Positions 25,605-38,629 of a stretch of DNA of 64,000 nt are shown piece by piece. Position 1 is the stretch's first letter. Each line of letters begins with the position of its first letter. A program made the position numbers and the translations under genes. The notes below the pieces were generated by a model. The model was not told where the DNA came from, did no database searches, and saw only the letters and a list, made by a program, of their open reading frames with translations. The stretch comes from Octopus sinensis (taxonomy: Eukaryota): the NCBI RefSeq assembly GCF_006345805.1, contig NC_042997.1:145018001-145082000 (forward strand), in the 5' to 3' direction.

Positions 25605-25747
25605 TATTGAGGGTATAATCATTACTGATAGGCTTTTCAATCGGTCTATAATCATTAAAATGATTATACCAGTGGTCAGCGTATAAAAACACCGTATCGG
25701 TAAATTGATACTTAAATATATAATAATAAATATATAATTATAATTAT

Positions 25748-26225
25748 GGGCGCTGGAGTGCCAACGCCAATGCGCTAGAAGTACGTGTCAAATGTCTACA
25801 AACCACTCTAAATTGGTTCTCCTTTTATGCACAAGGCTAAATGCGAGGAAATGGACAAGAAGATTTATAAAATTTCGGACAACTATATCTTAAGATTTCG
25901 TGTTTTGTAATAAAAAATACTTTACACTCTTCAGTAGAAATATACCGACATTATATAAGTGAAAAATACATATGCATACCGATAAATACTTGCAGACAGA
26001 TACCAATATATACATACATTTCCCACGTATACACTATATCTAATCGTCCATCTCAGCCATGTGGTTTTCACGAAATCTTAAGATATAGAGTTGTCCGAAA
26101 TTTTATAAATCTTTCTGTCCACTTCCTAGCATCCAGCCTTGTGCAAAAACGGAGAACAAATTTAGAGTGGTTTGTAGGCATTTGACATCTACTTCTAGCG
26201 TGTTGACATTGTCCCTCCAGCACCC
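25748..26225. mobile_element. MITE with about 150-bp TIRs, GGG..CCC termini, TTAA-like TSD (Kolobok-like)
   Basis: Left GGGCGCTGGAG..CAAACCACTCTAAATT..TTTATAAAATTTCGGACAAC..CTTAAGATTTCGTG mirrored at 26070-26225; flanks TTAT / TTAA. Confidence 0.85.
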
Positions 26226-26236
26226 TTAATTATGAT

Positions 26237-26324
<88 letters not shown>

Positions 26325-27041
26325 TGTGTAGTTATAAATATATAGAGAATGTGATATATAAGACAAGTTATAATAATGACCATTGCATAATTTTCTTTTA
26401 TTAGTGCAAATTTGGCTTACAACTGTTTCCAGTAGCCATTATAAGTACATTACTGATAAGTTTTCTCAATCGGTCTATTGATCAATTGAGAAAAATTGAA
26501 CGACATAAAAATCTTAATACTACTATGGACAGACCTATTTTTGGTTTGATATATATATATTTATACACACACACACACACACAGACATACACAATGAGTA
26601 CGACGGGTTTTCACACAATTTCCAGTTTCTAAACTCACAAATCAATGGCTGCCTTGGTGCTATGGCAGAAGATACTTGCCCATGGTGTCGCGCAGTGGAA
26701 CCGAACACGAAACCACGTAGTTGCAAAGCAAGCTTCTTAACTATGCAGCCATGCCTGCACCTTCTTAACAACACAACCATGGCATCTTTTTTTTTTTTTT
26801 TTTTTTTTTTTTGCTTTGAAAAATAAGTTTGCACCATCATCCAAAGGAATATTTAAATACAGAACACTGAAGCATTTGAATAAATCTATGATGTGAGAAG
26901 TGAAATGTTTCGGAGTGAATTCTTCTTCAGAGAGAGATAGAGAGAGGGGGGGAAACGATGAGGTTTATTAGTGTTAGTGGATAAATAGATGAAGAGTAAT
27001 GCTTGCATAGAAGTGTTTGAGTGTGCTTGTGTGTGTGGCAT

Positions 27042-27073
<32 letters not shown>

Positions 27074-27756
27074 CTGTGCACGTGTGCACATAAATATATA
27101 TATAAGAGAGTATATGTGTGTGTGTGTGTGTGTGCGAGTCCACACACATACACAAACATATACATATAAATATATAGATATATTCATAGAAATATAATAC
27201 ATGGTTGAGTTGACTCTCATTCATGCACACATGCACGCATGCACGCACACATGCACGCACACATGCACTCACATACACATGCACGCACTCACGCACTCAC
27301 GCACGCACATTTACATGCCCTCATACAAATACACTGACGCAGAGAAAGAAATTCGAAAGAACATAGAGAAGAGAAAAGAGAGAGATGAAAAGAAGGAAAG
27401 TGGGAAAGTACATGGGTAGGAAGGGGTGAGGTAGTTTTGATGCAAATTGCATTTTAAGGGAGATTATACAAGCACAGTCTGTATCTGTTGATTGCTGATT
27501 CTATTGATGTTTACGAGGACAAGCTTCCTGTAAACAGGTGTGTGACGTCCCTCGTAATTGATAGATATCACTCAAAGAGCGAAGTAGCTTCACATACAGT
27601 CAAATATCAACTAAAGAGTTATTATTATTATTATTATTGGTTCGACTCATTTCGTTCTTATTGCTAGTAGAATTTATGTGGGTAGCGGGTTACTACTTGT
27701 AACCTTAGGTATCCGCAAGTTTTCAATAACTTTTCAAATGCTTAAAATCCTCCTGA

Positions 27757-28127
27757 TAATATATAATAATAATAATAATAATGTAATTATTGTATACAGT
27801 GCTCAGGTGCACAACAACTTGTCAAACGTGCGTATAAAGCATGTGCAGTGATGTACAAATGTCTGGAAAGTGAACAGTGTATGAGTCAGATACATGCTTG
27901 CGTGTGTATGAAGGGGAGAAAATCAGGTGTAGTGCTGGCGAATCTCAGGAAGCATGGAAGTTTTGATGGATGCAGTGCTCCGACAACTAACAACTGATGC
28001 CGGTAGTTTGTTCCATGCTTCAGCAACTCTTAGCATGAAAAAAATGTTTCCGAAAGTCATGGGAGCTGTGCTGTTTTCTGACTTTGTAAACATGTCCTCA
28101 GGTGTTAGACAGATGGAGTTTGAATAT
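27757..28127 (-). mobile_element. 5'-truncated CR1 LINE
   Basis: GHVYKVRKQHSSHDFRKHFFMLRVAEAWNKLPASVV, then 3' UTR ending in (ATT)n. Confidence 0.85.
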
Positions 28128-28233
28128 GTTCCTAGTAAGGATTCTTTCTGTTGAAGCCCTACAGAGTATTCTATTCAAAACTCCTTCAACCATTTATCTA
28201 AATTTTTACTCACAGTTATTAATGCACCAATTA

Positions 28234-29486
28234 TCAGGTCATCCCATAAGTTCTGTCCGATTTTACCTTTTTTTTAAATTGAATGTAATTTAATAGTATT
28301 TTAGAATGTCTAATGGAATTAAAAATTATTTTTATGCATTTGTGTACATTTAAACTAATTGAATTTACAGAATAATAGAATTAAAATTTCTTTGATTAAA
28401 ACCATTTCCAGCATGGAAGTATCCAAAGAGCATTTGAGGTACATAATGCTTTATGAGTACAAAAAAGAAAACTCTGCAGCCGAAGCGACTCGAAACATAG
28501 ACTCAATTTATGGGAAAGAATGCTTGAATGAAAAAATTTGCAGAAGATGGTTTGCAAAATTCAGAAGTGGAGATTTCAGCCTTGAAGATAAAGATCGAAC
28601 AGGATGTCCAGTTGAGTTTGATGATAAGCTCCTTGAGGCATTACTTGAAGAAAATCCTGTATTATCAGTTGAAGAATTGGCGGTAAAACTTAGTTCAAAC
28701 CATACACCAGTTCATCGTCATCTTCAACAAGTTGCAAAGGTTCCTAAACTTGGAAAATGGGTGCCTTATGAATTTTCCGAAAGCAACCGCAAATCCCGAC
28801 TTGACATCTGCTCTTCTCTCCTTCTCGCGAACTAATTCCCCCTTTTGATAGACTTGTCTGGTGACGAAAAATGGATCTTCTATCGAATGTTAAACGTCAT
28901 AAATAGTGACTTGGTAAAAAGAAAAAGCTCAGCCACAACCTAGAAGGGAACTTCATGGGGAAAATGTTATTCTCTCTATCTGGTTGGATTGCAAAGGAGT
29001 AATTCACTTTGAATTGTTATCATCTAATCAACAATCAATGCCCAAATCTACAATCAGTAATTAGAGCGTTTGAACCAAGCTTTGAAGAAAAAAAGACTGC
29101 TTTAATTTCATCAGGACAACGCGAGACCCCACACTGCAAAAATCACATTACAGAAGATCGAAGAGATAGGTTAGGAAAAAAATCTTCGACCACCTTATTC
29201 TCCCGACCTTGCTCCTTCAGACTACCATTTGTTTCGTAGTTTACAGAATCATTTAGGGGACATAACTTTCACAAGCCAGGAGAAGGTCGAAACTGACATT
29301 TCAGAGTTCTTCGCTTTGAAACCAAAACAGTTTTACATTGATGAGATTAAAAAGCTTGTAAATAGATGGAAGGAAGTCATAGATAATCAGTGAAAGTACA
29401 TTGATGATTAAATTGCAATTAAATATAACATTTATTTACATGTTTTCTTTATTCAAAATTCGGAGAGAACTTATGGGATGGCCTTA
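28234..29486 (+). mobile_element. Full-length defective mariner (DD34D)
   Basis: 27-bp TIR TCAGGTCATCCCATAAGTTCTGTCCGA / TCGGAGAGAACTTATGGGATGGCCTTA; ORF 28413-29411 with WVPYEF, GDEKW, HQDNARPH, PYSPDLAPSDYHLF; stops and frameshifts. Confidence 0.96.
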
Positions 29487-29879
29487 CAATTTTCATGCTC
29501 CAAATTCTTGCAATTTCAAATTTAAGGGATAGCATTTTTTTTAATGTTTCATCCTCTTTCTTTATAATCCTGGAATCAAGCGAAAACTTCGCTTTTCCTT
29601 ATCTATTATTGTTATATCCGGTCTATTATTTTCTAACTTCTTGTCCGTTTGAATAGGAAAATCCCTTAAAACTTTGCATTTTCTCGACTCCAGCACTCAA
29701 ATCTCCACCTCTGACTAAGCATCAAGTGTAGAACTTCCATGTCTTATATTCTCCCTGGGCCAACTGGAGATATTCTACAACAATGTGTACCACTGTTTCA
29801 TTCCACAGACTCCACATTTTTCTGACACTTTCTTCCCATACACATATTTTTATCATCATCATCATCATCATTATTATAA

Positions 29880-30420
29880 TCGAGTGAGAGAGCGGCTCAC
29901 GCCAGCAAAGTAACGCTGGGGTACATATATACGAAGGCCAATATGCCCATCATGACTACCCATCTGATAAGGCTACACCAGGCACATGCATCACAACAAA
30001 ATGCGTGACATGGTGACCTCATATCAAGTTAAAAACTGTATGTCTTTGCAAGTAGGGCCCAGTTAGGATTTTTCTTCAGGTCGAGTAGCCGATCAAAAGA
30101 CCCCTGAATAATGGGTTGTTTAAGGATGACGAACGAAGCACCCGTGTTTCCAGGTATGAATTGTTTAAAACACAAAAGTTCCTCTCGACACATGACAGTG
30201 ATAGTCCTCCACTATTCCTGCTCATGATCAGAGATGCACATATCGTCAGCCACTAAAGGACATACACAAGAAGTTATGGTCAAATAAGAGAATTCAAATC
30301 TGTGGTTTTGAGCAGAACATTTGTCGTAGCCCATCTTTTATACCAAGACAAAACATGCACATGATATCCCTTCCAATCAGTTAAGATCAGAAGTCTTGAG
30401 AGCCACTGACTGCTATTGCA
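29880..30420 (-). mobile_element. Family F microsatellite-bounded interspersed repeat (about 540 bp)
   Basis: TGATCAGAGATGCACATATCGTCAGCCACTAA..TATACCAAGACAAAAC..TTAAGATCAGAA shared with 45327-45578 and 37160-37340; (ATC)n/(ATT)n on both sides. Orientation inferred. Confidence 0.8.
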
Positions 30421-30437
30421 TCATCATCATCATCATC

Positions 30438-30511
<74 letters not shown>

Positions 30512-30949
30512 GTTTCACCTTGCTTTGATACCCAGCTCTCAATCAGAGATGTCAAAAGACAAGTTTTGTATTTAAAGATTCCACCAGGTGAAGTGCTATG
30601 CAATCAGAAAAAAAGTGTTTGTGTAAAAAATAAATTTTCCTTATAAAATTTGTAACAATGAATAATATTGCATTTACATGGAGGTGCTATAAGGAGGTAC
30701 CAGTTACATGTGTGGTACCATAAATATGATATTTTGCAATTTGTCCGTCTTCACGTTCGGAGTTCAAACTGCAGTGGTTGACTCTGCCTTTCATACTTTC
30801 GGTGTCGGTCAAATAAGTAGCAATTGAACACTAGGGGTCGATGTAATATACTTACCCTCTCCTCCGAAGTAAACTACTGGCCTTGTGCCAAAATTTGAAA
30901 GCAAAATTTCCTGTATGCACATATAAAGAAAACTGTAAAACGCCTTCAA

Positions 30950-31620
30950 GTAGTTAATCCGTGCTATACTCAAACCCTAATTTTTTTTCTACAGCCTTTG
31001 ATCAGTAATAGATATTTACAGTAATTGATATTTACATATGGAGTATCCGTTCTATCTTGTTGTAAGCAGGTTGTTGCTTTTTAAAATTTTCGAGATTCTT
31101 ATTTGCGATATTAAATTTTTTTCAAGTCTATGCACCTCATTTAGAAGGTAAATTTTCCCATAGAAATCTCACACAGTCTTACGATGGTAATTTTCATTAG
31201 GATCTTGTATGTCATGATTGAAGTCCCACTAAATCACTAAACTTTCAGAGTGGTCTTTCCCTTATCCCGATGTGCCTTCTTTTCAATTCTTTTTGTGCCA
31301 ACCTACTATGTTCCCATTCTATACGGTTCAAAGTCAATTTTGTATAGTTTGTTGCACATCTGACACGTATCTTTAAGTTTTTATCTGTTTCATTAACAAG
31401 GATCGTTTAAATCAATCGTACTTTCACACCCATTTCTAATCCACTATCTTTCAATCAAGATCATTGTTCTTCTGTTTGCTTGACAAACTCTGTAACGCTT
31501 AAGTTTACATTATCTTGTAATCCTTCTACACTTCTGTGTATTGATTATTGATCTTCTTATCTGCCATATGATCTTGTTAGTGTAATATCTCTCTAGTCTT
31601 ATAACTACCAATGTATTCTG
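30950..31620 (-). mobile_element. Second eroded R4/Dong-type fragment (tentative)
   Basis: CQMCNK..RLAQKELKRRH resembles the CCHC/LAQKEYKRRH region. Confidence 0.45.
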
Positions 31621-31629
31621 TCTCTTTAC

Positions 31630-31965
31630 TTTTTATCTTTTACTTGTCTCAGTCATTGTTTGTGGCCATGCTGGGGCACCGCTTTGACAGAATTAGTCGA
31701 ACAAGTTGACTCCACTTCTTATTTTTGAAAAGCAAAGCAAGCAAACCAGTACAGGTTGTCTAGCGGTGGTGGGGTGCCAACACAAACACTAAGGGAAGAC
31801 TTCTTTCAGTTTCCTTCTACCAAATCCACTCACAAGGCTTTAGTCGGCACAAGACCATAATAGAAGACACTTGCCCAAGGTACCACGTAGTGGGACTGAC
31901 CTCAAAACCACGTGATCACGTGATTGGAAAGCAAATCCTCCCCACACAGCCACGACTGCGCCTAT
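31630..31965 (-). mobile_element. SINE family A
   Basis: Tail, CTTCTTTCAGTTTCC body, CTTGCCCAAGG core, ACACAGCCAC head. Confidence 0.82.
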
Positions 31966-32434
31966 AAGCAGTGGCTGAGAGAAAAATAAACTTGGTACCA
32001 ATTGAAATGTGCTTGTGAGATATTTGAACCTGTAAGGAACCTGCAGTTTGTCATGGAGTCGTATTCTGTAATATTCAATAATCTGCTACATCTACTTTCC
32101 TTGATATATACAATCTACTAACAGTTCCGTAGAGGAAACTCAGCATACTTCAAAAGTTTTCTTGTGTATCTCCTTCACCCAGACAAGTTTTCTTCCACTG
32201 AAGGAATGCTCTAGGTTACAAAGACAGTGAGCAGGATCAGCCTTCTTTTGTAGACACATGTTTCCATAACATCTCTATTTGACTGATCGATACTCCCGGG
32301 TGGATCCTATGGTATATTGTATCTTAGTAGTTTTTTACAATCCCCTATCGGTTGGTTTGTATGGTTGGTAGTATGTTAACACTCCCACTGTATCATAGAC
32401 TAATGCTAGAGTTATTGGCAACGATGGTCTGGTG

Positions 32435-32642
32435 CAACACTTCTCAACCGGGGTTCCGCAAAAGGTTCCTAGGAGTTCCGCGAGAATGAGTGAGATAAGC
32501 TAATGCTAATTTCATGATCGTAATATTACTATACATGCACAACATATTATTGGTTATTGTAATATTGTAATATAGACATCATTCTATCTAACCTATTATG
32601 TTATCAAAAAAAAAAATAACAACCATATATATATATTATATA

Positions 32643-32703
<61 letters not shown>

Positions 32704-32842
32704 GTGTGTGTTATTTACCATGTGAACTACGGTGAAAAAAACTGAGAAAGATATGGTACATAGTTACTTTTGTTCATGGGTTCCTTGTGACATGTAATTT
32801 ATTTTAAGGGTTACGCAAGGGTAAAAAGGTTGAGAAACACTG
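32435..32842. mobile_element. hAT-Charlie-like MITE
   Basis: CAACACTTCTCAACC / GGTTGAGAAACACTG; flanks GTCTGGTG / GTCCAAGG. Confidence 0.8.
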
Positions 32843-32850
32843 GTCCAAGG

Positions 32851-33105
32851 CATTCATTCTCAACCGAGGTCCATATGATTCTTGGGGGTCCATGTAAGAA
32901 TTTGTTGATAAAATTTAACTTCAATAAATTGGTTAAAATTCTACAATCACAAAATATTTTAACATTTTTTTAAATAAAATTCATAACTATATTTAATGAT
33001 AAAAACATAAAAGGAATTTTTAAACATCGAATGACTAAAAGGGTCCACTCGAGTAAAATAGGAATCAAAGGGCTCCAGAGGCAAAAAAATGGTTGAGAAA
33101 TACTG
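32851..33105. mobile_element. hAT-Charlie-like MITE, abutting the previous one
   Basis: CATTCATTCTCAACC / GGTTGAGAAATACTG; flanks GTCCAAGG / GTCTAGAG. Confidence 0.8.
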
Positions 33106-34424
33106 GTCTAGAGTATCTTTTGAGGGTTGACGAAAATCATTTCTGCAGTTTTTTTCGAAGAATTTAAAATTCCGATATTATGAGCGACTTTCAAAAGTCT
33201 TTACACTGGTAGTGTTACAATGGGGCACCAAGAATTCATGATAAAGTCTTCAAGTACGGTAGTGCTTTCGGCTGGCCTATCCAAGAAGCGCCGAAAACAA
33301 GGAAAAATTTTACAGGCTCGCGTTGATGTCAGAACGTTGGTGATCAGTGGAGTTATATCAAACATGTTATTGCGTTTAGGAGAGGTCTTGCTGTTAGTTG
33401 AGTCTTTTGTCCTACTGAGTTCCTTCGACAAGTAAAGACAGTGGGTTTTCTTCTACCATGATTTAGCCGAAAGGGATTGTCTGTTCGACACAATTAAGAA
33501 GAAAATAGGAGTTTCCTCTTCAGCCTAGGCCTCATCCATGTCTTCTTAACCATCATGAAGATGTAAATGGATAGTATCCACTTAGCGAGTGTGGGGTTAA
33601 AAGTCCTACATTTTAAAAATCTACTTGGAAAATTGTTGCTGTTGTTGTTGTTGCTGCTTTTGTCCTTGTTTATCCCAGGTTAGCTTTTGTAGATCTGAGA
33701 AACATATGATAAATATTCATACCCGCTATGACCTAACCGTTTTCTCTACTGAAAAACAGTATCCACTGTTCAATGTGTCCTTTCATAAGACGGCAGTGTG
33801 TGGTTTGATGGAGATTTTGCTGGTATTGCTAGCAGCTCGAGCGATCACATAAAGATTAATATTCGTTGTTGTAGCTGTTAATGGTGGCGTTGGTGGTGGC
33901 TGTCCAGACCAGCCTCGCTCAAACGGATCTATGATCAAAACTGTTCTTGACCAGACCGGACATTAATTACCTTAGCATCTGAAAAGAAAAGTAAAGCAAA
34001 GACTTACTCAGAAATACAACAAAAACTATCAAAGACAGGAAATAAGTAAAACTACGTTCTGAATCAGTAACCAAACATACAAAGTTGTTTATCACCATCT
34101 TTGACAAGAATTAGCTTTGGACTGTAGTTCGGAGATTGTAACTGGCGACATAGTAGAATACTTTTGCAATACATCAGTCGTTAGATTCGTCCTAACCAGA
34201 CAGAACTACATCAATGTGAATGACCATTTGTCTTGACATGCATCTAAATGGCAGAATATAGTGGATACTCTAGTTCAAGATACACTATTTTTAGAACAAT
34301 AGTAGGGATGGTCACAAATGGAATAGCTTGATTTACAAAATCAGTACCAAATTGAGTTAAACAGCAACAACTGAGTAATTATGACAAAAGACAAGAAAAT
34401 ATTTCTAATTTTGTATAAAGAAAA

Positions 34425-34775
34425 AAAGGCGTGGCTGTGTGGTAAGAAGTTTGCTTCCCAACCACTTGGTTCTGGGTTCAGTCTCATTTCGTAACACCTT
34501 GGGCAAGTGTCTTCTACTACAGCCTTAGGCCGACCAAAACCTTGTGAGTGAATTTGATAGAGGGAAACTGAAAGAAGCCCGTCGTATATATATATGTGTA
34601 TGTGTGTCCTTCGCTCGCTTCACAATCCGTGATGATGTGTATACGTCCCTGTAAATTAGCAGGTCGGTAAAAGAATATTACAAAGCTTTAAAAGGGGCTT
34701 GATTCGTTCAAATAAAAAATTCTTCAACGCAGTGCCCCAGCATGGCCGCAGTCTAAGACTGAAAGAAGCAAAAAA
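34425..34775 (+). mobile_element. SINE family A
   Basis: GGCGTGGCTGTGTGGTAAG head to CCCCAGCATGGCCGCAGTC tail. Confidence 0.87.
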
Positions 34776-34865
34776 ATAACATTAGTTTACACTTGTTTTC
34801 TTTTCCCTTTTTTTTTCTCCAAATTCGAAACTGTTTCTGGGAAAGATATTTTAAAACTAAAATAT

Positions 34866-35960
34866 TATTTTTTCCTCTAGGCAAAAGACCCGAAATTTTG
34901 GGGGAAATGGGGCCAGTCGATTAGATAGACCCCAGTACGTAACTGGTACTTATATAATCGACCCCGAAAGGATGAAAGGCAAAGTCGATCTCGGCGGAAT
35001 TTGAACTGAGAACGTAAAGACAGGCGAAATACCTATTTCTTTACTACCCGCAAGGGGCTAAACACAGAGAGGACAAACAAGGACAGACAAACGGATTAAG
35101 TCGATTACATCGACCCCAGTGCGTAACTGGTACTTATTTAATCGACCTCGAAAGGATGAAAGGCAAAGTCGACCTCGGCGTTTCTACCAGCTCGCCGTCT
35201 TTAAAATATTCTTTTCTACTCTAGGCAAAAGGCCTGAAATTTAGGGGGAGGGAGCCAGTCGATTTGATCGATCCCAGTACGCAACTGGTACTTAATTTAT
35301 CGATCCCGAAAGGATGGAAGGCAAAGTTGATTTCGGCAGAATTTGAACTCAGAACGTAAAGACAGTCGAAATACTACTAAGCATTTCGCCCGTCATGCTA
35401 ACGTTTCAGCCAGCTCACCGCCTTGATTGTTCCAAAAATTATCATACGGAAAAATATCTTCTTTCCAGTACAGTCGTAAGCAACATTTCACCCTGCGTGC
35501 TAACGTTTCTGCCAGCTCCTCCGCCTTTTTAAAACTAAAATATCTATTTCTTTACTATCCACAAGGGCTAAACACAGAGAGGACAAAACAAGGAGTGACA
35601 AACGGATTAAGTCGATTATATCGACCCCAGTGCGTAATTGGTACTTATTTAATCGACCCCGAAAGGATGAAAGGCAAAGTCGACCTCGGCGGAATTTGAA
35701 CTCAGAGCATAGCGGCAGACGAAATACCTATTTTTTTACTACCCACAAGGGGCTAAACACAGAGAGGACAAACAAGGACAGACAAACGGATTAAGTCGAT
35801 TATATCGATCCCAGTACGTAACTGGTACTTATTTAATCGACCCCGAAAGGATGAAAGGCAAAGTCGACCTCGGCGGAATTTGAACTCAGAACGTATCGGC
35901 AGACGAAATACGGCTTCGCATTTCGCCCGGCGTGCTAACGTTTCTGCCAGCTCACCACCT
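34866..35960 (-). mobile_element. Stack of four family B SINE units
   Basis: Six cores/heads; units separated by TTTTAAAACTAAAATAT (34849, 35527, 35961; shortened at 35200). Confidence 0.92.
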
Positions 35961-37159
35961 TTTTAAAACTAAAATATCGTTAACGTAGCAAGATTTCCTA
36001 ACACAGTTTCCTGAGCTTTATGTAAATAAATGCTTCCAAAGATGAAACAAGGTAAACATAATATAAAATAACCTTATCAACAACAACAACTACAAAAACG
36101 ACAACTGTAAGAAAAGTAATGAACTCCATTAAGAAAAATCTGGAAGATTTCAAATTTGGCATTTGTCCTACACTCTGGTATTTCATGTGACTTGTTCACA
36201 AATCTTACAGTAGGTATTTACATAATTTGCATTGCGATGGAAAATTACTCGTAATTTCAGGATCTAAATGATACCCTCTCACGCATTCCCCCATCTCTCT
36301 CTCTTTCTCATATGTATACATGTGTGTGAGAATGTGTATATGTGTGTGTGTACCAAGCTATTAAGTGTCCCTCGGACGGAGAAAATTAAGTGTGAACAGA
36401 AATTCTCGTTTCGTGGCTTAATTGAATATTCAAATGACTTAAGGAGCATTAAATGGAAACGTCATTGATTTATCACGCGCGCGCACACACACGCACACAC
36501 ACGCACACACACGCACACGTAAGTTTTTCACGTGCGTTTATTTGTATCAGCGTGTATGTAAACATGCACTGGAATGTATGCACATCTATACTTGCCAAAT
36601 TAAGTGCGTGCGTGTGTGTGTGTGTTGTGTGTGTGTGTGTGTGTTTAGGGCAATAAAGTAAATTTACGTTTACTCTTTCGCCCTCATCTATTCATGTTAT
36701 TTCCCGCTAACTTCTACTCATCTCGCCACTAAAACACGGAATAAACACATTCCTTCTGGTTGACATTACATGAGTAAGGTACGAAGTTAGGCATACATTT
36801 TAGGAAAAATCAAATTTTTTTTTCATCATTATCAATATAGATTCATAAGATTAACTTTTTGGGACGATTAGAAATACCAGGAAAAAAGCTTTTTATTTCC
36901 AAGATAGACCTAATCAGATAAAAAAGATACGTATATATTTTCCTAAGGTGGCGAGCTGGCAGAATTACACTGAATAACATTCGGTTTGGGCTTTGGTCAG
37001 TAGGTATTATTTCATATTTGCTTCTTTCTAGAAATCAAAGGAAATTATTTCTATTCCATTCAAACTTTGCTTTGGTGACCTGGACATCAATGTTTTCAAA
37101 CCGACCTATTTTCCTTTACATTTCAGACATATTCAGCGCTGAGTCGCTGAAGCAGATAT

Positions 37160-37340
37160 ATCGTTATTGCAAATATTCTGCTCAATATCACAGATTTGCT
37201 TGTCGGTTGCTTGACTTTAACCACTCGAGCATGTCCCTTAGTGGCTGACAATATGTGCATTTCTGATTATGAGGAAGAATAGTGAGAGAACATCATAACC
37301 ATATGTTGAAAGGGACTCCATGGGGTTTGAATAAATGTAA
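37160..37340 (+). mobile_element. Family F fragment
   Basis: CAGATTTGCTTGTC..CCCTTAGTGGCTGAC.ATATGTGCAT is the reverse complement of the other F copies. Confidence 0.75.
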
Positions 37341-37777
37341 TAAAAGCAAAGTTTGGAGGAAATAACCGTATCTCGAATTTTTTAAGGGTAAACAAATAGG
37401 AAATAACAGCTACTACCCAGGGACAAAAATCGTGTTACACAGTGTTATTAACACGCTTGACAAAAAGCTTAGCGGCATTTCTGTCGGCTTTCTTAGTTCT
37501 GAGTCCAAATATCACTGAGGTCATCCTTGTTTTTCATCTTATCAGGGCCGATAAAACAAAGTAACAGTCAAGTACTGGCATTGGTGTAATCGACTTTTCC
37601 CTTCCTCTCAAAGTTGCTCTCCTTGGACCCTGCCACGGACATGTTAGCTCGGTCACTTATTCGTCATGGAAACCGGGGAGCCAGCCTTATGAGTCCTAGA
37701 GCCCCGCCAAAATTTCTTTAAATATTCCATATCAAATATAATGGGAACGAATATCTTGTGCATTTTGAAAGTATTTT

Positions 37778-38112
37778 GGAGTGGCTGTGTGGTAAGTAAC
37801 TTGCTTACAAACCACATGGTTCCGGGTTCAGTGAGTGAATTTGATAGACGGAAACTGAAAGAAGCCCGTCGTATATATGTATGTATGTATATGTATGTGT
37901 GTGTATACGTTTGTGTGTCTGTGTTTGTCCCTCCAACATCGCTTGACAACCGATACTGGTGTGTTTACGTCCCCGTAACTTAGCGGTTCGGCAAAAGAGA
38001 CCGATAGAATAAGTATTATGCTTACAAAGAATAAGTCCTGGGGTCGATTTGCTCGACTAAAGGCGGTGCTCCAGCATGGCCACAGTCAAATGACTGAAAC
38101 AAGTAAAAGAGT
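37778..38112 (+). mobile_element. SINE family A with internal deletion
   Basis: Head joined to GTGAGTG.ATTTG body; intact tail. Confidence 0.88.
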
Positions 38113-38629
38113 ATTAGAGTAAGTGACAAAATTAAATTTTAAAAAAGGAGGATAAAATGGACATTTAACAATAGAATTATATTGATATTCATCGAGTTAA
38201 TTAAAATAGATTTCTTAGTCCAAAGTATAATTACGAAATGTAACACTTGCTGAAAAAACAGTGGCTTGACTATATGTTTGTTTCCGTCACTGGATTGTAG
38301 TCATACTGGAGCACCGCCTTGAAATATTTTAGTCGAGTGGCACTTATACATTTTAAGTCTTGCAATTATTCTATCAGTTCCTTTTTGCCGAACTGCTATA
38401 TTACTGGGGCGTAAACGAAGTAATACCGGTTGTTAAGCAATGCGGAGAACAAGCATGTCCTTCCCGAGCCAATAGAATGTATACAGGCCTATACATGAGA
38501 TCTTAAAATGCCGCCCTCATTCCTCCCTGATTACACTACTGTGAAAAATAAGGCGAATTTCTACTTACTTGGGAAAACATCCATGAATAAAAATTACTTT
38601 ATATCAGTTGGTGAGTAAGATATACACAT

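Larger units (their letters stand above)
27619..29845 (-). mobile_element. R4/Dong-type RLE LINE 3' remnant hosting CR1 and mariner insertions
   Basis: 29845-29487: CCHC-like region, LAQGEYK, DFPIQTDKKLENNRPDI, PLKFEIARIWSMK; 28233-28128: IGALITVSKNLDKWL..QKESLLGT; 27755-27720: RILSI*KVIE; (TAA)n tail at 27619-27638. Confidence 0.8.

Noticed and set aside
31980-33600. Possible L1/Tx1 RT or endonuclease remnant around the Charlie MITEs
   Set aside because: Only isolated weak motifs (TDH, YAE); not collinear enough to call.
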